Part shown: positions 1 to 10,864 of the stretch, in pieces
How the letters are laid out: each line of letters opens with the position of its first letter
Numbering within the stretch: the stretch's first letter is position 1
Origin: Candidatus Saccharimonadales bacterium
Lineage (GTDB): Bacteria > Patescibacteriota > Saccharimonadia > Saccharimonadales > UBA10212
Assembly: GCA_049521895.1 (NCBI GenBank)
Contig: JBEKOJ010000001.1
Coordinates: 554,478 to 618,477, forward strand
DNA: 64,000 nucleotides
Direction: 5' to 3'
Position numbers and translations under genes: made by a program
The notes under the pieces: generated by a model
What the model was told of the DNA's origin: nothing
Seen by the model: only the letters and a program-made list of their open reading frames with translations
The model's database searches: none

Positions 1-247
1 TATTAATCTCTACTAGCGAGGACTGGAACGTTGATAGCACCCACGTGAACTGCAGAAATCGAGCTCAATGGTACTTTGAATTTGCAAAGCACGGTCTAAT
101 AGCAACAGGGGAACAGGTTATATTCCCAGGTTTCAACTCGTTTGTGGTTCGACGAAGCAACAACCCGTTTGAGACATTTATCAATCTTACAAAATCTTAT
201 ATAAAGTTTCTAACCAATGGTCGGCTTGAAAGACCCGAGAGATTAAA

Positions 248-1123
248 ATGATTATCGTACGGCTTAGGGGCGGTCTAGGTAACCAGATGTTCCAATATGC
301 TGCGGGTCGCAGGTTGGCTATACACAATAAAACCAATCTAAAGCTTGATATGAGCTGGCTAAAGGTTGCTCAACAGCACGAGAATGTAGATTTTAGACAA
401 TATGCGTTAGACGCCTTTATGATCAAGGGCTCTTTGGCTAATTCCATAGACCTCGCCCGAATTTATATGCCCCCCTACACTAGAAAGAAACATCTATACC
501 GTACGTTGATGGGCTCTATTCAGCCTTTCTACGAACCTGAGGATGGTAGTTTTCAGCCGGGTCTTTTGACAGCCCCAAAAAATTCTTATCTAGAGGGAAA
601 TTGGCTAAATGAAAAATATTTTAATGATCAAGCAACCATTATACGCAACGACTTCAGGTTTAATAAGCCGCTTGGGCATAAAGCCAACATGCTAAAGACA
701 GAGATTTATAACTCTGAGGCAGTCTCGGTGCATATTCGTCGGGGTGATTACGTTACTAACAAAATCGCCGAGCAAAGATTAGGCATATTACCGCTAGATT
801 ATTACAAAAATGCAGCTGATTTTATCGAAAAAAAAATCAATAAGCCTGCTTTCTTTGTATTCTCAGATGATATTGAATGGTGCAAGAAGCATCTAAATTT
901 AGGATCCCCTACTTTCTACAGCGACCATCAAAACAAAAATTGGGAGGATATGTGGCTCATGTCGCTATGTAAACACAACATAATCGCAAATAGCTCTTTT
1001 AGCTGGTGGGGTGGGTGGCTAAATGATAGTCCAGATAAAATTATCGTTGCCCCAAAAAAATGGTTTAAGGAGGCCTCTATTGACTCGTCTGGCCTGCTAC
1101 TGGATGAATGGGTAAAATTATAG
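248..1123 (+). CDS. alpha-1,2-fucosyltransferase, glycosyltransferase family 11 (FutC-like)
   Basis: N-terminus MIIVRLRGGLGNQMFQYAAG matches the hallmark GT11 motif of FutC-type fucosyltransferases; 291 aa. Confidence 0.8.
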   Translation: MIIVRLRGGLGNQMFQYAAGRRLAIHNKTNLKLDMSWLKVAQQHENVDFRQYALDAFMIKGSLANSIDLARIYMPPYTRKKHLYRTLMGSIQPFYEPEDGSFQPGLLTAPKNSYLEGNWLNEKYFNDQATIIRNDFRFNKPLGHKANMLKTEIYNSEAVSVHIRRGDYVTNKIAEQRLGILPLDYYKNAADFIEKKINKPAFFVFSDDIEWCKKHLNLGSPTFYSDHQNKNWEDMWLMSLCKHNIIANSSFSWWGGWLNDSPDKIIVAPKKWFKEASIDSSGLLLDEWVKL

Positions 1124-1144
1124 TAATGGTGAATATGCAAAGTT

Positions 1145-1885
1145 ATGTCCAATAAGTTGCTCGTAAGAGTATTCAATAAAGTACGGTGGAGTAGCGGCGG
1201 GACCAAGTACGCGGCGGAAACAGCGTTTTGGGTTAAGGAGATAAGCCTATATAAAGATTGGTATGAAGGTAAACTTAAGCGACACTATGGCCATGAACCA
1301 CCGCAGGCAAGACAAAAGATTAAAGCCAATAATCTCAAGGATAGCGCGATACTCACGTGGTTTAGCGTTCATCAAAAGCCAAAGTATCTTGCCGATTTGA
1401 AACTGGATAAAAATGCTTTTAAGGACATGCGGCTACTTGATATTGGTGCGGGGCCGATGCCTAGTGCTGCAGTTTTCACGGATTGTGAAATCTATTCTCT
1501 AGACCCTCTTTATTCCGAATATATAGCTGCAGGCTATCCGCTGCATTATTACGATAGAGTAAAGTTTGTTAACGCCTACTCTGAAGATATCCCCATAGAA
1601 GACAATTACTTTGATGCCGCTATCTCGGTTAATGCCATAGACCATGTTGATAGCCTAGCGAAAACGGCTAAGGAAATTGAGCGAGTCCTTAGGCCAAACG
1701 GGAAATTTGCCATGCATGTTCATTATCATGAGGCTACAGAAGCTGAGCCACTTGAGCTAAATGATAAGATATTTATCAAACATTTTGGCTGGGTAAAAAA
1801 TCTGAGAAAAACGGAGTCATCGCAAAGTAAGTACGGTTCGGTTGCAGAAGCAGGAGAAGAGTATGCGATTTGGAGAAATTTTTAA
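1145..1885 (+). CDS. class I SAM-dependent methyltransferase
   Basis: Motif LLDIGAGPMP (SAM-binding motif I) and LRPNGKF (motif post II); 246 aa. Confidence 0.6.
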   Translation: MSNKLLVRVFNKVRWSSGGTKYAAETAFWVKEISLYKDWYEGKLKRHYGHEPPQARQKIKANNLKDSAILTWFSVHQKPKYLADLKLDKNAFKDMRLLDIGAGPMPSAAVFTDCEIYSLDPLYSEYIAAGYPLHYYDRVKFVNAYSEDIPIEDNYFDAAISVNAIDHVDSLAKTAKEIERVLRPNGKFAMHVHYHEATEAEPLELNDKIFIKHFGWVKNLRKTESSQSKYGSVAEAGEEYAIWRNF

Positions 1886-1896
1886 CTCTTTAGCCA

Positions 1897-3897
1897 ATGA
1901 ATAAAGTCGACTTTCCTTCTATACCCAAGGTCACCGTATTAATGCCCGTATATAATGCTAAGAAATACTTAGCTCAGTCGATCGAGAGTATTTTAAGTCA
2001 AACCTATAGAGATTTTGAATTTTTAATCGTCAATGATGGCTCGACTGACAAGTGTCCTGAGATCATCGATAAATATGCCGAACAAGATAAGCGCATAAGG
2101 ATCATTAGTCACGAAAACAAAGGCCTAGTGGCATCCCTTAATGAAGGAGTTGAGCTCGCGCACGGTAAATATATTGCCCGAATGGACGCCGACGACATAA
2201 GCATGTCTACAAGACTTGAAAAGCAAGTGACTTTTCTGGAGGCCAACCCTAGCTGTGCAGTTTTAGCGACAAGAGTTTCGCTTATAGATGAATACGGGAT
2301 CCGACTTAGCGATTGGGAGGAAGACATTGGCCATATCACGGATACGTCAATTTTAAGCTACTTGCCGATTAGTAGTTCTATCGCCCACCCTAGCATAATG
2401 GCACGCAAGGAAATTTTACAAAAGTATAAATATCGCGATATACCAGCTTCTGAGGACTATGATCTTTGGCTAAGATTAGCAGCGGATGGTCATAAAATAT
2501 CTAAAATAGATGAGCCTTTATTAAATTACCGTTTGTACCCTGGCTCTATAACCCAAAAAGCCAACCAGACAAAACCATATATAAAAAAACTACAATACAC
2601 TAGGCGGGCTTTTTTACGTCAGCAAGTATTGTCATTACAATTCAACAAATTCGATAGGCGAGTGTTGGCAGCAACACTTCAACCTCCTTTGTCCAAAACT
2701 ATAAGTAGATTAAAGCGTTTTCTCGCGACCCCATTTATAATTGGCGAACGCTTATCATTTAGCTGGGAGATACCAAAATCACCAAAAAAAGACAAGCCGC
2801 GAATTCTATTTTTAGTCCCTTGGCTATCTATGGGCGGTGCAGAAAAAGTTATTCTGGATTTGGCCCAAGGGCTATCCGATGAGTTCGAGGCTCATATCAT
2901 CATAACCGAACAAGTAATGGACAATAATTGGGCATATAGATTTAACACGGCTCGTGAAATTATTGATCTTCGCAAGGTAGTGCACTACCCATCCAACAAG
3001 ACCGCTTATGTAGTAAGGTATGTAGCTGCTAATCACATAGATTTCGTTATCATTTCAAACTCATTCGTTGGCTATTCGGCCATTCCGGCCATAAAAAGAA
3101 CATCCATCAATACAAAAATTATCGACATACTACACGGGCAAGGCGGGAGAATCGATAAGGGTAGCTCACCCTTATTTTCATTGCCCTACCACAAGCTGAT
3201 AGACAAGCGCATTACCGTAACTAACTATCTACGTAGTTACATGAACCGAGAATATGGGCTTCATAAAAATGATTTCCATCATATTCCTAATGGTGTGTCT
3301 GTAGAAAAGAACATAGATAATGAGAAAGGAAATTACAAAAAAAATAATTCTATAGACATAAATACTAGGGTGGTTGCTTGGGTGGGCCGTTTCAATGACG
3401 AAAAGAAGCCATTTCTTGGGTTAGAGGTAGCTAGGCAAGTTCTCCAAGAAGCAAATAACTGCGTTTTTATTTTTGCTGGTGATGGTCCTCAAAAGAAACA
3501 AATGGAAGAATTTATAAAAAGGAGTGGGCTACAGAAACGCATTCTACTTCCTGGCCCCCTAGACAACCCCGAACAGCTGCTTATAGACAGCGAGGTCCTA
3601 TTACTTACCTCAGAGATGGAAGGCATGCCGCTGGCAATTCTTGAAGCCTCTGCTATCGGGGTGCCGGTCGTAGCCACTAGAGTCGGCGGCGTTCCCGAAA
3701 TAGTTTCTGATAGCAAAACGGGTTTTTTAATCTCATATGATGAAAATTCGGTCAAAAATTTCTCAGCCGCAGTACTAAAACTACTTAACGACAACGAGCT
3801 ACAAGGCCTATTTAGTGTAAACTCTATCCAGAAAGCAGAGAGTTTTACCAAGCAAAAGATGATTGATGAATATAGAAAAATTTTGGAAAGTTTATAG
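1897..3897 (+). CDS. bifunctional glycosyltransferase, N-terminal GT2 fused to C-terminal GT4
   Basis: N-term VTVLMPVYNAKKYLAQSIESILSQTYRDFEFLIVNDGSTD is the GT2 signature; C-term EGMPLAILEASAIGVPVVATRVGGVPEIV is the GT4 (group 1) signature; 666 aa. Confidence 0.7.
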   Translation: MNKVDFPSIPKVTVLMPVYNAKKYLAQSIESILSQTYRDFEFLIVNDGSTDKCPEIIDKYAEQDKRIRIISHENKGLVASLNEGVELAHGKYIARMDADDISMSTRLEKQVTFLEANPSCAVLATRVSLIDEYGIRLSDWEEDIGHITDTSILSYLPISSSIAHPSIMARKEILQKYKYRDIPASEDYDLWLRLAADGHKISKIDEPLLNYRLYPGSITQKANQTKPYIKKLQYTRRAFLRQQVLSLQFNKFDRRVLAATLQPPLSKTISRLKRFLATPFIIGERLSFSWEIPKSPKKDKPRILFLVPWLSMGGAEKVILDLAQGLSDEFEAHIIITEQVMDNNWAYRFNTAREIIDLRKVVHYPSNKTAYVVRYVAANHIDFVIISNSFVGYSAIPAIKRTSINTKIIDILHGQGGRIDKGSSPLFSLPYHKLIDKRITVTNYLRSYMNREYGLHKNDFHHIPNGVSVEKNIDNEKGNYKKNNSIDINTRVVAWVGRFNDEKKPFLGLEVARQVLQEANNCVFIFAGDGPQKKQMEEFIKRSGLQKRILLPGPLDNPEQLLIDSEVLLLTSEMEGMPLAILEASAIGVPVVATRVGGVPEIVSDSKTGFLISYDENSVKNFSAAVLKLLNDNELQGLFSVNSIQKAESFTKQKMIDEYRKILESL

Positions 3898-3902
3898 ATT
3901 AC

Positions 3903-4868
3903 ATGACTCGCCCATCCGTCACCGTAGTCATTACGGCATATAACCACGCAGCCTACATTGAACGGGCTCTTCAGAGCGTTATAAGCCAAAAAAGTGATAG
4001 TTACGACCTCAGTATTATAGTTGTCAATGATTGTTCAACCGACAGCACTCTTGAAATTCTAAAAAGATTGCAGAAAAACCATAGCTTTAAATTATCGTCC
4101 ACCGAGAAAAACTCAGGCCCGTCAGTTGCACGTAACCTTGGCATTAAAATATCTAGTTCTAAGTACATTAGTTTTTTAGACGGAGATGATTACCTTTTAC
4201 CAAATAAAATAGCTGCTCAGCTGGGCGTCTTGGAGTCCGAGGAATATATGTCTGTCTGCTATACCGACTGTCTGATTTTGCGAGGCAATAAAATAGAAAA
4301 AGAGCCCCTAAGCCATTTTTGGCCACCAGCCCAGGGGCAGATTTACTCTCATCTACTTCTACGTAACTGTATAGCTTCACATGCAGTCTTAATGAAGACT
4401 AGCGTGGCAAAGAAATATCTTTTTGATGAATCACTACGTGGCCCTGAAGACTATGATTTCTGGTTAAGAATCGCTCACGACAAACAGAATTTCCTTTACA
4501 TAGATAAGCCGCTGGTGGTTTATCGACGAGGGCCAAAAAGTCTGTCGGCCCCAAGCCAAACAATTTTCGATGCTGTTCTTCGCGTGTTAGATAAGAATCA
4601 AGGTCTAGTCAAAACCCCAGAGCAGGTAAAAAATCTAAACTATCATCGTTCGGTCATACTGCAGAACAAGGCCGACATCGATTTACGACAATTTAAATCT
4701 TCCGGCTTTAAGTTTTTAGCAGAAGCTTCTAGTTTGGCTGTTATACCAAGATATAAAACTTTTAGCCTTGGCCTAATGCGGCGTAGCTTTTGGGTTGGAG
4801 TTATGGCATACAAAATACTAGACTTAAGAAGCCGCTGGCGTGCAAAACTTACAAGCGACAATCATTAA
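3903..4868 (+). CDS. glycosyltransferase family 2
   Basis: VTVVITAYNHAAYIERALQSVISQ ... VVNDCSTD ... DGDD GT2 motifs. Confidence 0.7.
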   Translation: MTRPSVTVVITAYNHAAYIERALQSVISQKSDSYDLSIIVVNDCSTDSTLEILKRLQKNHSFKLSSTEKNSGPSVARNLGIKISSSKYISFLDGDDYLLPNKIAAQLGVLESEEYMSVCYTDCLILRGNKIEKEPLSHFWPPAQGQIYSHLLLRNCIASHAVLMKTSVAKKYLFDESLRGPEDYDFWLRIAHDKQNFLYIDKPLVVYRRGPKSLSAPSQTIFDAVLRVLDKNQGLVKTPEQVKNLNYHRSVILQNKADIDLRQFKSSGFKFLAEASSLAVIPRYKTFSLGLMRRSFWVGVMAYKILDLRSRWRAKLTSDNH

Positions 4869-6084
4869 AAATATGTTTAAAAGAAGTCTTGAAATAGGCA
4901 TTGATGCACGAGCTCTGCAAAACTATCACCGCTACCGCGGGATAGGCCAGGTTCTTTTTAGCTCCGTAGAAGCCTTAGCCAAGTATGACCACACCAATGA
5001 TTACACTTTTTATGTACTCAGAGATAGCTTGAGAGATTTTCCAACACTTAACCCAAAATTTAAATATAAGATAGTGGTGGTACCCGCGCCTAGACTTGGA
5101 ATCGCCGGGGTTTTAGACAAATTTAAGCCATCCTCTTCTATGGCCTGGGTAAAAGATGTTGATATCTTTTACCAGCCAGATATATCTGCTGGGCTGCCTA
5201 AAAAATCCATCCCCTCAATCACGATCCTTTATGATTTAATCCCTATTATTTTCCGGGGTAAATACTTCCCGCGGTGGAGTTTTTCGTTAAACAAAAAATG
5301 CTATAGCCGCAATAAGCGAGCTTTCGCCGCGCGTCTTGTATATTGGCAGCAGCTCCTTCTATATAGAAAGGCTAAAAAAGTTTTAGCAATATCTGAGGCA
5401 TCTAAAATTGATGGGGCCAGATATATCAAGCATCTTGAAAGGCATGCTCTTGCAAGAATTAAATTAGGTTCGCCTCGCGTCAAAAAAATAAATACCGGTC
5501 CAAAACTGACCAAAAAACTGGGCATAAGCAAAGACTATATTTTATACGTAGGAGCCGTTGATTTCAGAAAAAATGTCTTAGGGCTTCTGGACGCTTTTGA
5601 AAGTGTTAAAGATACTGGACGCGATATACAACTAGTCTTAGTTGGTAAAGATTTTGGTTTAACTAAGGAGCAGTCTGTTGAAGCGGAACTGATCAGGCAA
5701 TACCGCCTCAACTCAAAATACAAGACCGATATTTTAATGACAGGATTTGTAGACAATAAGACCAGAGAATATTTATACAAGCATGCGAAAGCTTTTGTTT
5801 TCCCTTCTTTATACGAAGGCTTTGGGTTGCCTATTCTTGAAGCAATGGCCTTAGGTTGCCCTGTGATTGCACTTGATAACTCCTCCATCCCAGAAGTCGC
5901 CGGTGACGCTGCAATTCTCATTGATTCGCCAGATCAGCTCAGTGAAACCATTGCCGAATTACTTGATGATCCTATTAAAGCAAAAGAGTTGATCAAAAAA
6001 GGCTACCGACAATCAAAAAAGTTTAGTTGGGATACAACTGCCAAACAACTAGTCGGCTATTTCTATGAGGCGAGCAAACAATGA
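4840..6084 (+). CDS. glycosyltransferase family 4 (group 1)
   Basis: FPSLYEGFGLPILEAMALGCPVIALDNSSIPEVAGDAA GT4 C-terminal signature. Confidence 0.7.
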   Translation: MQNLQATIIKNMFKRSLEIGIDARALQNYHRYRGIGQVLFSSVEALAKYDHTNDYTFYVLRDSLRDFPTLNPKFKYKIVVVPAPRLGIAGVLDKFKPSSSMAWVKDVDIFYQPDISAGLPKKSIPSITILYDLIPIIFRGKYFPRWSFSLNKKCYSRNKRAFAARLVYWQQLLLYRKAKKVLAISEASKIDGARYIKHLERHALARIKLGSPRVKKINTGPKLTKKLGISKDYILYVGAVDFRKNVLGLLDAFESVKDTGRDIQLVLVGKDFGLTKEQSVEAELIRQYRLNSKYKTDILMTGFVDNKTREYLYKHAKAFVFPSLYEGFGLPILEAMALGCPVIALDNSSIPEVAGDAAILIDSPDQLSETIAELLDDPIKAKELIKKGYRQSKKFSWDTTAKQLVGYFYEASKQ

Positions 6085-7229
6085 GGGTTGGCGTAGAAGG
6101 CAGCTTGTTTTTTAAGCCAAGGACGGGCGTAGGACAATATGCTATCAAGCTAACCGAGGCTGCCTCTCAGCTTGACTCAAACGTGGACTTTGAAATTGTC
6201 CGACACTGGCTACCGCTACGAAAGTTTAAGCCGCCTATCAAACCCAACAAACACCTGAGATACCGGCTGGTCAAGTGGTTCCCGCCAGCTGTTTATTTTC
6301 AGGTCTTTAAACGTCTGGGCACTTTTTTACCGTACGATTTAGTCGCCCTGCGCAAATATGATTGTTTTTTGTTTTATAATTTTGTGGCCTTCCCGGTGCG
6401 TAAAAAAACCAGATCCGTTGTTGTTATCCATGACTTGTCTTACGTGCACTATCCGCAGTTTGTGCTCAAAAAGAATCTGGACTACTTGAACAAATTTGTC
6501 CCAAGATCAATCAAGCGAGCCGCACGCATTCTGGCGGTGTCAGAACATACAAAGGCCGACATCATTAAGTACTATGACATCCCGGCAGATAAAATCTCGG
6601 TTATTTATAACGCTGTTGACCACTCTGAGTATTATCCGCGTCCTGCTAAAGAAGTCTCCGCTGTCCGTAGCAAATACAAATTGCCCGCCAAATACATTTT
6701 GTTTACCGGCACCATTGAACCCCGAAAAAATGTCGAGGGGATACTGGGCGCTTATGCAGCCCTGGATGAACAGGTTAAGAAAGACCACGGCCTGGTGCTG
6801 GCTGGCGGCAAAGGCTGGAATGACGAACCTATCAGGCAAGCCATTGACAAACTGAAGTCCGCCGGCGAAAAAATAATTTGTACCGGCTACGTGCCGGACG
6901 AAGATTTGCCCGCGCTGTTTAGCGGCGCCAGCCTTTTTGTTTATCCATCCTTTTACGAAGGTTTTGGAATCCCGCCGCTGGAAGCTATGGCCTGCGGCGT
7001 GCCGGTGATCACAGCCGACAACTCTTCGTTACCGGAAGTCGTCGGCGACGCGGTTATCATGATCAAGGCTGAGAATATAGCCGCCATCACGCAAAGCATA
7101 TCCAAGGTTTTAAACGACTCGCAACTGGCTAATAGCCTGAGGCAAAAGGGTTTAGAGCAAGCAAAAAAATTCAGCTGGGAAAAATCTGCCCAAACTCTAA
7201 TTACACTGCTAAATAGCCTAAAGAGCTAA
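6081..7229 (+). CDS. glycosyltransferase family 4 (group 1)
   Basis: [39 protein letters not shown]4 signature; 4-bp overlap with upstream GT4 suggests an operon. Confidence 0.7.
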   Translation: MRVGVEGSLFFKPRTGVGQYAIKLTEAASQLDSNVDFEIVRHWLPLRKFKPPIKPNKHLRYRLVKWFPPAVYFQVFKRLGTFLPYDLVALRKYDCFLFYNFVAFPVRKKTRSVVVIHDLSYVHYPQFVLKKNLDYLNKFVPRSIKRAARILAVSEHTKADIIKYYDIPADKISVIYNAVDHSEYYPRPAKEVSAVRSKYKLPAKYILFTGTIEPRKNVEGILGAYAALDEQVKKDHGLVLAGGKGWNDEPIRQAIDKLKSAGEKIICTGYVPDEDLPALFSGASLFVYPSFYEGFGIPPLEAMACGVPVITADNSSLPEVVGDAVIMIKAENIAAITQSISKVLNDSQLANSLRQKGLEQAKKFSWEKSAQTLITLLNSLKS

Positions 7230-8272
7230 ACCACCTCGCGGCGGGCCTGAACTTTGCCACTAAGCTGGTTGTTCAGATCGGCTATATCGGCATCAACCAT
7301 AATTTTAACCAGCGCTTTGAAAGTAGTTTTTGGCTGCCAGCCCAATTTCTTTTTGGCTTTGCTGGCATCGCCGATCAGTGCATCGACTTCAGCTGGACGC
7401 AGATAGCGTTTATCAAACTCCACGTATTTTTTGTAGTCTAGGCCGGCATATTTGAAAGCTTCTTCTAAAAACTCGCGCACGCTATGCGTTTCCCCGGTGG
7501 CTATCACAAAGTCATCCGGTTGATCTTGTTGCAGCATCAGCCACATAGCCTCTACAAAATCGGGCGCGTAACCCCAGTCGCGCTTGGCGTCTAAGTTGCC
7601 CAAATAAAGCTTGTCCTGTAAACCAGCTTTGATTTGAGCTACCGCCCGGGTAATTTTGCGGGTTACGAAAGTTTCGCCGCGGCGCGGCGACTCGTGGTTA
7701 AAAAGTATCCCCGAACAGGCGTACATACCGTAGCTTTCACGGTAGTTAATGGTCATCCAGTGTGCATAGGCTTTAGCCGCCGCGTAAGATGAGCGGGGAT
7801 AAAACGGCGTGGTTTCTTTTTGCGGTATTTCCTGAACCTTACCGAACATCTCACTCGAGGACGCTTGGTAGAACCTGGACTCCTCCATGCCCAACCGGTG
7901 CATAGCCTCCAGGATTCGCACGGCACCGAGAGCATCTATGTCACTTGAGTATTCGGGGATGTCAAAAGAAACACGCACGTGGCTCTGGGCAGCCAGGTTA
8001 TAAATTTCGTATGGCTTAATTGATGATAGGGCACCGTAAACAAAACCGGCATCCGCCAAGTCGCCATAAATCAGGTGCAGCCTTGCCCCCTTTTGGTGTG
8101 GGTCTTGATAGATATGATCGATGCGACTGGTATTAAAAGAGCTGGCCCGGCGGATAATGCCATAAACCTCGTAGCCTTTGTCCAGCAATAGCTCTGCCAA
8201 GTAGCTGCCATCCTGGCCAGTAATCCCCGTAATTAGTGCCTTCCTCCGCGCCATTCTAATTCTCGTCCTCAC
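7226..8272 (-). CDS. gmd: GDP-mannose 4,6-dehydratase
   Basis: [49 protein letters not shown] matches the conserved Gmd N-terminus; the real start is probably the MARRK methionine a few codons downstream of the listed start. Confidence 0.85.
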   Translation of the reverse strand: MRTRIRMARRKALITGITGQDGSYLAELLLDKGYEVYGIIRRASSFNTSRIDHIYQDPHQKGARLHLIYGDLADAGFVYGALSSIKPYEIYNLAAQSHVRVSFDIPEYSSDIDALGAVRILEAMHRLGMEESRFYQASSSEMFGKVQEIPQKETTPFYPRSSYAAAKAYAHWMTINYRESYGMYACSGILFNHESPRRGETFVTRKITRAVAQIKAGLQDKLYLGNLDAKRDWGYAPDFVEAMWLMLQQDQPDDFVIATGETHSVREFLEEAFKYAGLDYKKYVEFDKRYLRPAEVDALIGDASKAKKKLGWQPKTTFKALVKIMVDADIADLNNQLSGKVQARREVV

Positions 8273-8340
8273 TCCTTATCAAATATATTGCTCAGCCTCA
8301 TATTATAGCGTAGAGACGGATTTTCAGATAAGATAGTTAT

Positions 8341-9714
8341 GTGCAAATAGGTGTCTTGTATTGGCGTAAAGCTGCTAACATCGCGGGACTGCTTGGCATC
8401 ATAGTCACGCTGGTACTACTACCTATCGATAGATTACCGTATCTTCATCATATCCCCTTCGGTCTTGGCCTAATAGCGCTGGTTCTTTTGCTGGTTGCGA
8501 CAGCAGACCGGCTTTTAAATACAGCGCTTCAAAAGGACTTTAGACGTTTTAAAAAGTATATTTTGATTGGTGTACTTTTAGCCCTGCCTGTTGCCGGTTA
8601 CGCTATAAGCTATTTTTACGCCATTGATAAACATTACACATTTGGAGCCGCTAAAGCACTGCTGGCGGTAGCCTTGCGGGCATACTGTTTCTTCGTCTTG
8701 GTCAGTGAACGCCCAGCGTTATGGCCAGTTATCAAAAAAACTATATATATAACAACCGCAGCCGTGGTAGCCTTTGGCTTTTTCCAATATCTATTTGATG
8801 TCTTTGGAGCCTCGCCAAAAATTACAGACTTAGGTAGCTGCTGCACATCTAACTCCACCTACATTTTCCCAAGGGTGAGCTCTACAGCTCTAGAACCTTT
8901 GTACCTTGATAGCTACTTAATGATTCCTATCTGGCTGCTGACCTTTGACTTTCTGACAAGCAAAAAAACCCGCCGCAATAAATACTTGCTTGGCCTATTT
9001 ATTGCCTCAAGCTCTTTGTTTATACTAACCATTGCTAGAAGCGCCATCTTGGCTTTGGCCTTTGCCATGGTCATTTTTTATTTTGGCCTTAGAGGTCGAG
9101 AGAAACTTAGGGATTTTTGGGTATATATGGCCAAGGTATGGGGAATCACGCTAGTCGTTGTCATCGGTTTAGTAGCAATGAGCGGCGTGGCGTCTATCTT
9201 TATCCCTAAGCACCCAATTAATGGTTCCAATGCTGGAGTAACTGGTAGCGTTGAGCTTTTTGGCAGCCATGCTGTGGCCATTACCGACGCTTCCTCACAA
9301 AGCCGTTATCGTCTTTGGTCAAAGTCAATTGGCTTTATAGAGAAGCATCCGCTAAAGGGAGTGGGTGCCTACAACAGCCGTATCGAGCTCAACCTTGATA
9401 AGTATAAAAATGGGGCAGATCCCTCAACTCTTCAGCCATTTAACAACGATTTAATTGGCCTACTGGTGGATCTGGGGCTTCTGGGCATAGTGACCTTCGG
9501 CCCTTTGCTCTGCCTGCTTATATACATTATCTACCGTTCGTTTAAGAGACATTGGCCGGGGCACATAGCCCCGATGGCTCTGATACTTGTGGCAATGCTC
9601 ATACAAAGCAATTTTTTTCACTCTATTTTGCTAGCCCGTCTATGGGTCGTGGTAGGGTTGCTCTTGGTTGATATGAGCTTTGGCTCGCAAAAACGGCAGC
9701 CACAAAAAACATGA
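8341..9714 (+). CDS. O-antigen ligase / Wzy-like polytopic membrane protein
   Basis: About 10-12 predicted TM helices with a central loop pattern typical of the Wzy_C/O-antigen ligase family; sits inside the glycosyltransferase cluster. Confidence 0.5.
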   Translation: MQIGVLYWRKAANIAGLLGIIVTLVLLPIDRLPYLHHIPFGLGLIALVLLLVATADRLLNTALQKDFRRFKKYILIGVLLALPVAGYAISYFYAIDKHYTFGAAKALLAVALRAYCFFVLVSERPALWPVIKKTIYITTAAVVAFGFFQYLFDVFGASPKITDLGSCCTSNSTYIFPRVSSTALEPLYLDSYLMIPIWLLTFDFLTSKKTRRNKYLLGLFIASSSLFILTIARSAILALAFAMVIFYFGLRGREKLRDFWVYMAKVWGITLVVVIGLVAMSGVASIFIPKHPINGSNAGVTGSVELFGSHAVAITDASSQSRYRLWSKSIGFIEKHPLKGVGAYNSRIELNLDKYKNGADPSTLQPFNNDLIGLLVDLGLLGIVTFGPLLCLLIYIIYRSFKRHWPGHIAPMALILVAMLIQSNFFHSILLARLWVVVGLLLVDMSFGSQKRQPQKT

Positions 9715-10805
9715 AGATAGTTATTGATGCCCGTGAGTCTGGAACAAGTACTGGGCGTTATGTAGACAAGCTGGTTGAAAACTTGCAAGCCCTCAAGCCC
9801 AATTTTGAAATAGTCCTGCTCGCTAAAAGCCACCGCCATGAATATTTGCGCAGTGTCGCTCCGGCTTTTCAAGTAGTCGATTGTAACTATAAAGAGTTTA
9901 GTTTCGGTGAACAGTATGGCCTGGCTTGGCAGCTCTATGGGCTGCGGGCAGATCTGTTCCACGCCACAACGGTTCACCAGCCAGTCCTATATTTTGGGCC
10001 GGTCATAACCACCATGCACGATTTGACCACCGCGCGGTTTCGTAATCCGTCCAAAAACCGGCTGGTTTTTAAGCTTAAGCAGCTAATTTACAGATGGGTG
10101 ATCAAACGGGTTGCCCGCAAGTCAGTGCGAGTTATTGCCATAAGTGGATTTACCAAAAACGATGTTGCTGGCTATGCCGGCATCGCCAAAGATAAAATTG
10201 TTGTGACTTACGAGGCGGCCGATAAGATTAGCGAGCCGGTGGAGCCGGTTTTGGAACTTGATGGTCAGCAATTTATTCTTTATGTCGGCCGGCCGTTGCC
10301 GCACAAAAATCTCGATCGACTGGTTGAGGCTTTTTTACTGGTTAAACAAACCCACCCAGATCTTAGGCTGGCCCTAGTCGGGAAAAGGGACATCTTGTAC
10401 GAGCGCTTGGAGAAAAAAGTCAAAAAACAGGGGATCGGTGGGATTGTATTTACCGGCTTTGTTAGCGAGGGCCAGCTGCGCTGGTTGTATGAGAACACTG
10501 CGGCCTATGTTTTCCCGTCACTCAGCGAAGGTTTTGGCTTGCCGGGCTTGGAAGCTATGATCCACGGTGCGCCGGTGGTTAGTAGCAACGCTACGTGCTT
10601 GCCGGAAATTTACGGCGGCGCCGCCCATTATTTTGACCCTAATGACATTCAAGACATAGCTGCCAAAATCACCGAGGTTCTAAGCGATGAAAGACTACGT
10701 GAAGATCTGATTAGAAAGGGCTATAGCCAAATCAAAAAATATTCCTGGGCCAAAATGGCCGCTCAAACCCTAGAAATTTACAACCAAGTCCTCAAAAAAA
10801 AATAG
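9711..10805 (+). CDS. glycosyltransferase family 4 (group 1)
   Basis: FPSLSEGFGLPGLEAMIHGAPVVSSNATCLPEIYGGAAHYF GT4 signature. Confidence 0.7.
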   Translation: MKIVIDARESGTSTGRYVDKLVENLQALKPNFEIVLLAKSHRHEYLRSVAPAFQVVDCNYKEFSFGEQYGLAWQLYGLRADLFHATTVHQPVLYFGPVITTMHDLTTARFRNPSKNRLVFKLKQLIYRWVIKRVARKSVRVIAISGFTKNDVAGYAGIAKDKIVVTYEAADKISEPVEPVLELDGQQFILYVGRPLPHKNLDRLVEAFLLVKQTHPDLRLALVGKRDILYERLEKKVKKQGIGGIVFTGFVSEGQLRWLYENTAAYVFPSLSEGFGLPGLEAMIHGAPVVSSNATCLPEIYGGAAHYFDPNDIQDIAAKITEVLSDERLREDLIRKGYSQIKKYSWAKMAAQTLEIYNQVLKKK

Positions 10806-10823
10806 CCTTTCCCTCTATCATCT

Positions 10824-10863
10824 CTATTGCAAAAACATTGCGACCGCAATATATTTGCAATAG
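10824..10863. promoter_or_regulatory. 40-bp near-palindromic element (copy 1) CTATTGCAAAAACATTGCGACCGCAATATATTTGCAATAG
   Basis: Imperfect palindrome containing the palindromic core TTGCGAnCGCAA; a second copy lies at 11362-11401 on the other side of the PaaX-like gene. Confidence 0.35.
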
Positions 10864-10864
10864 A

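Noticed and set aside
45-251. 68-aa ORF at the left edge
   Set aside because: It has no motif, no obvious RBS context and would be isolated. It is likely a spurious ORF in the intergenic or upstream region of the fucosyltransferase gene.
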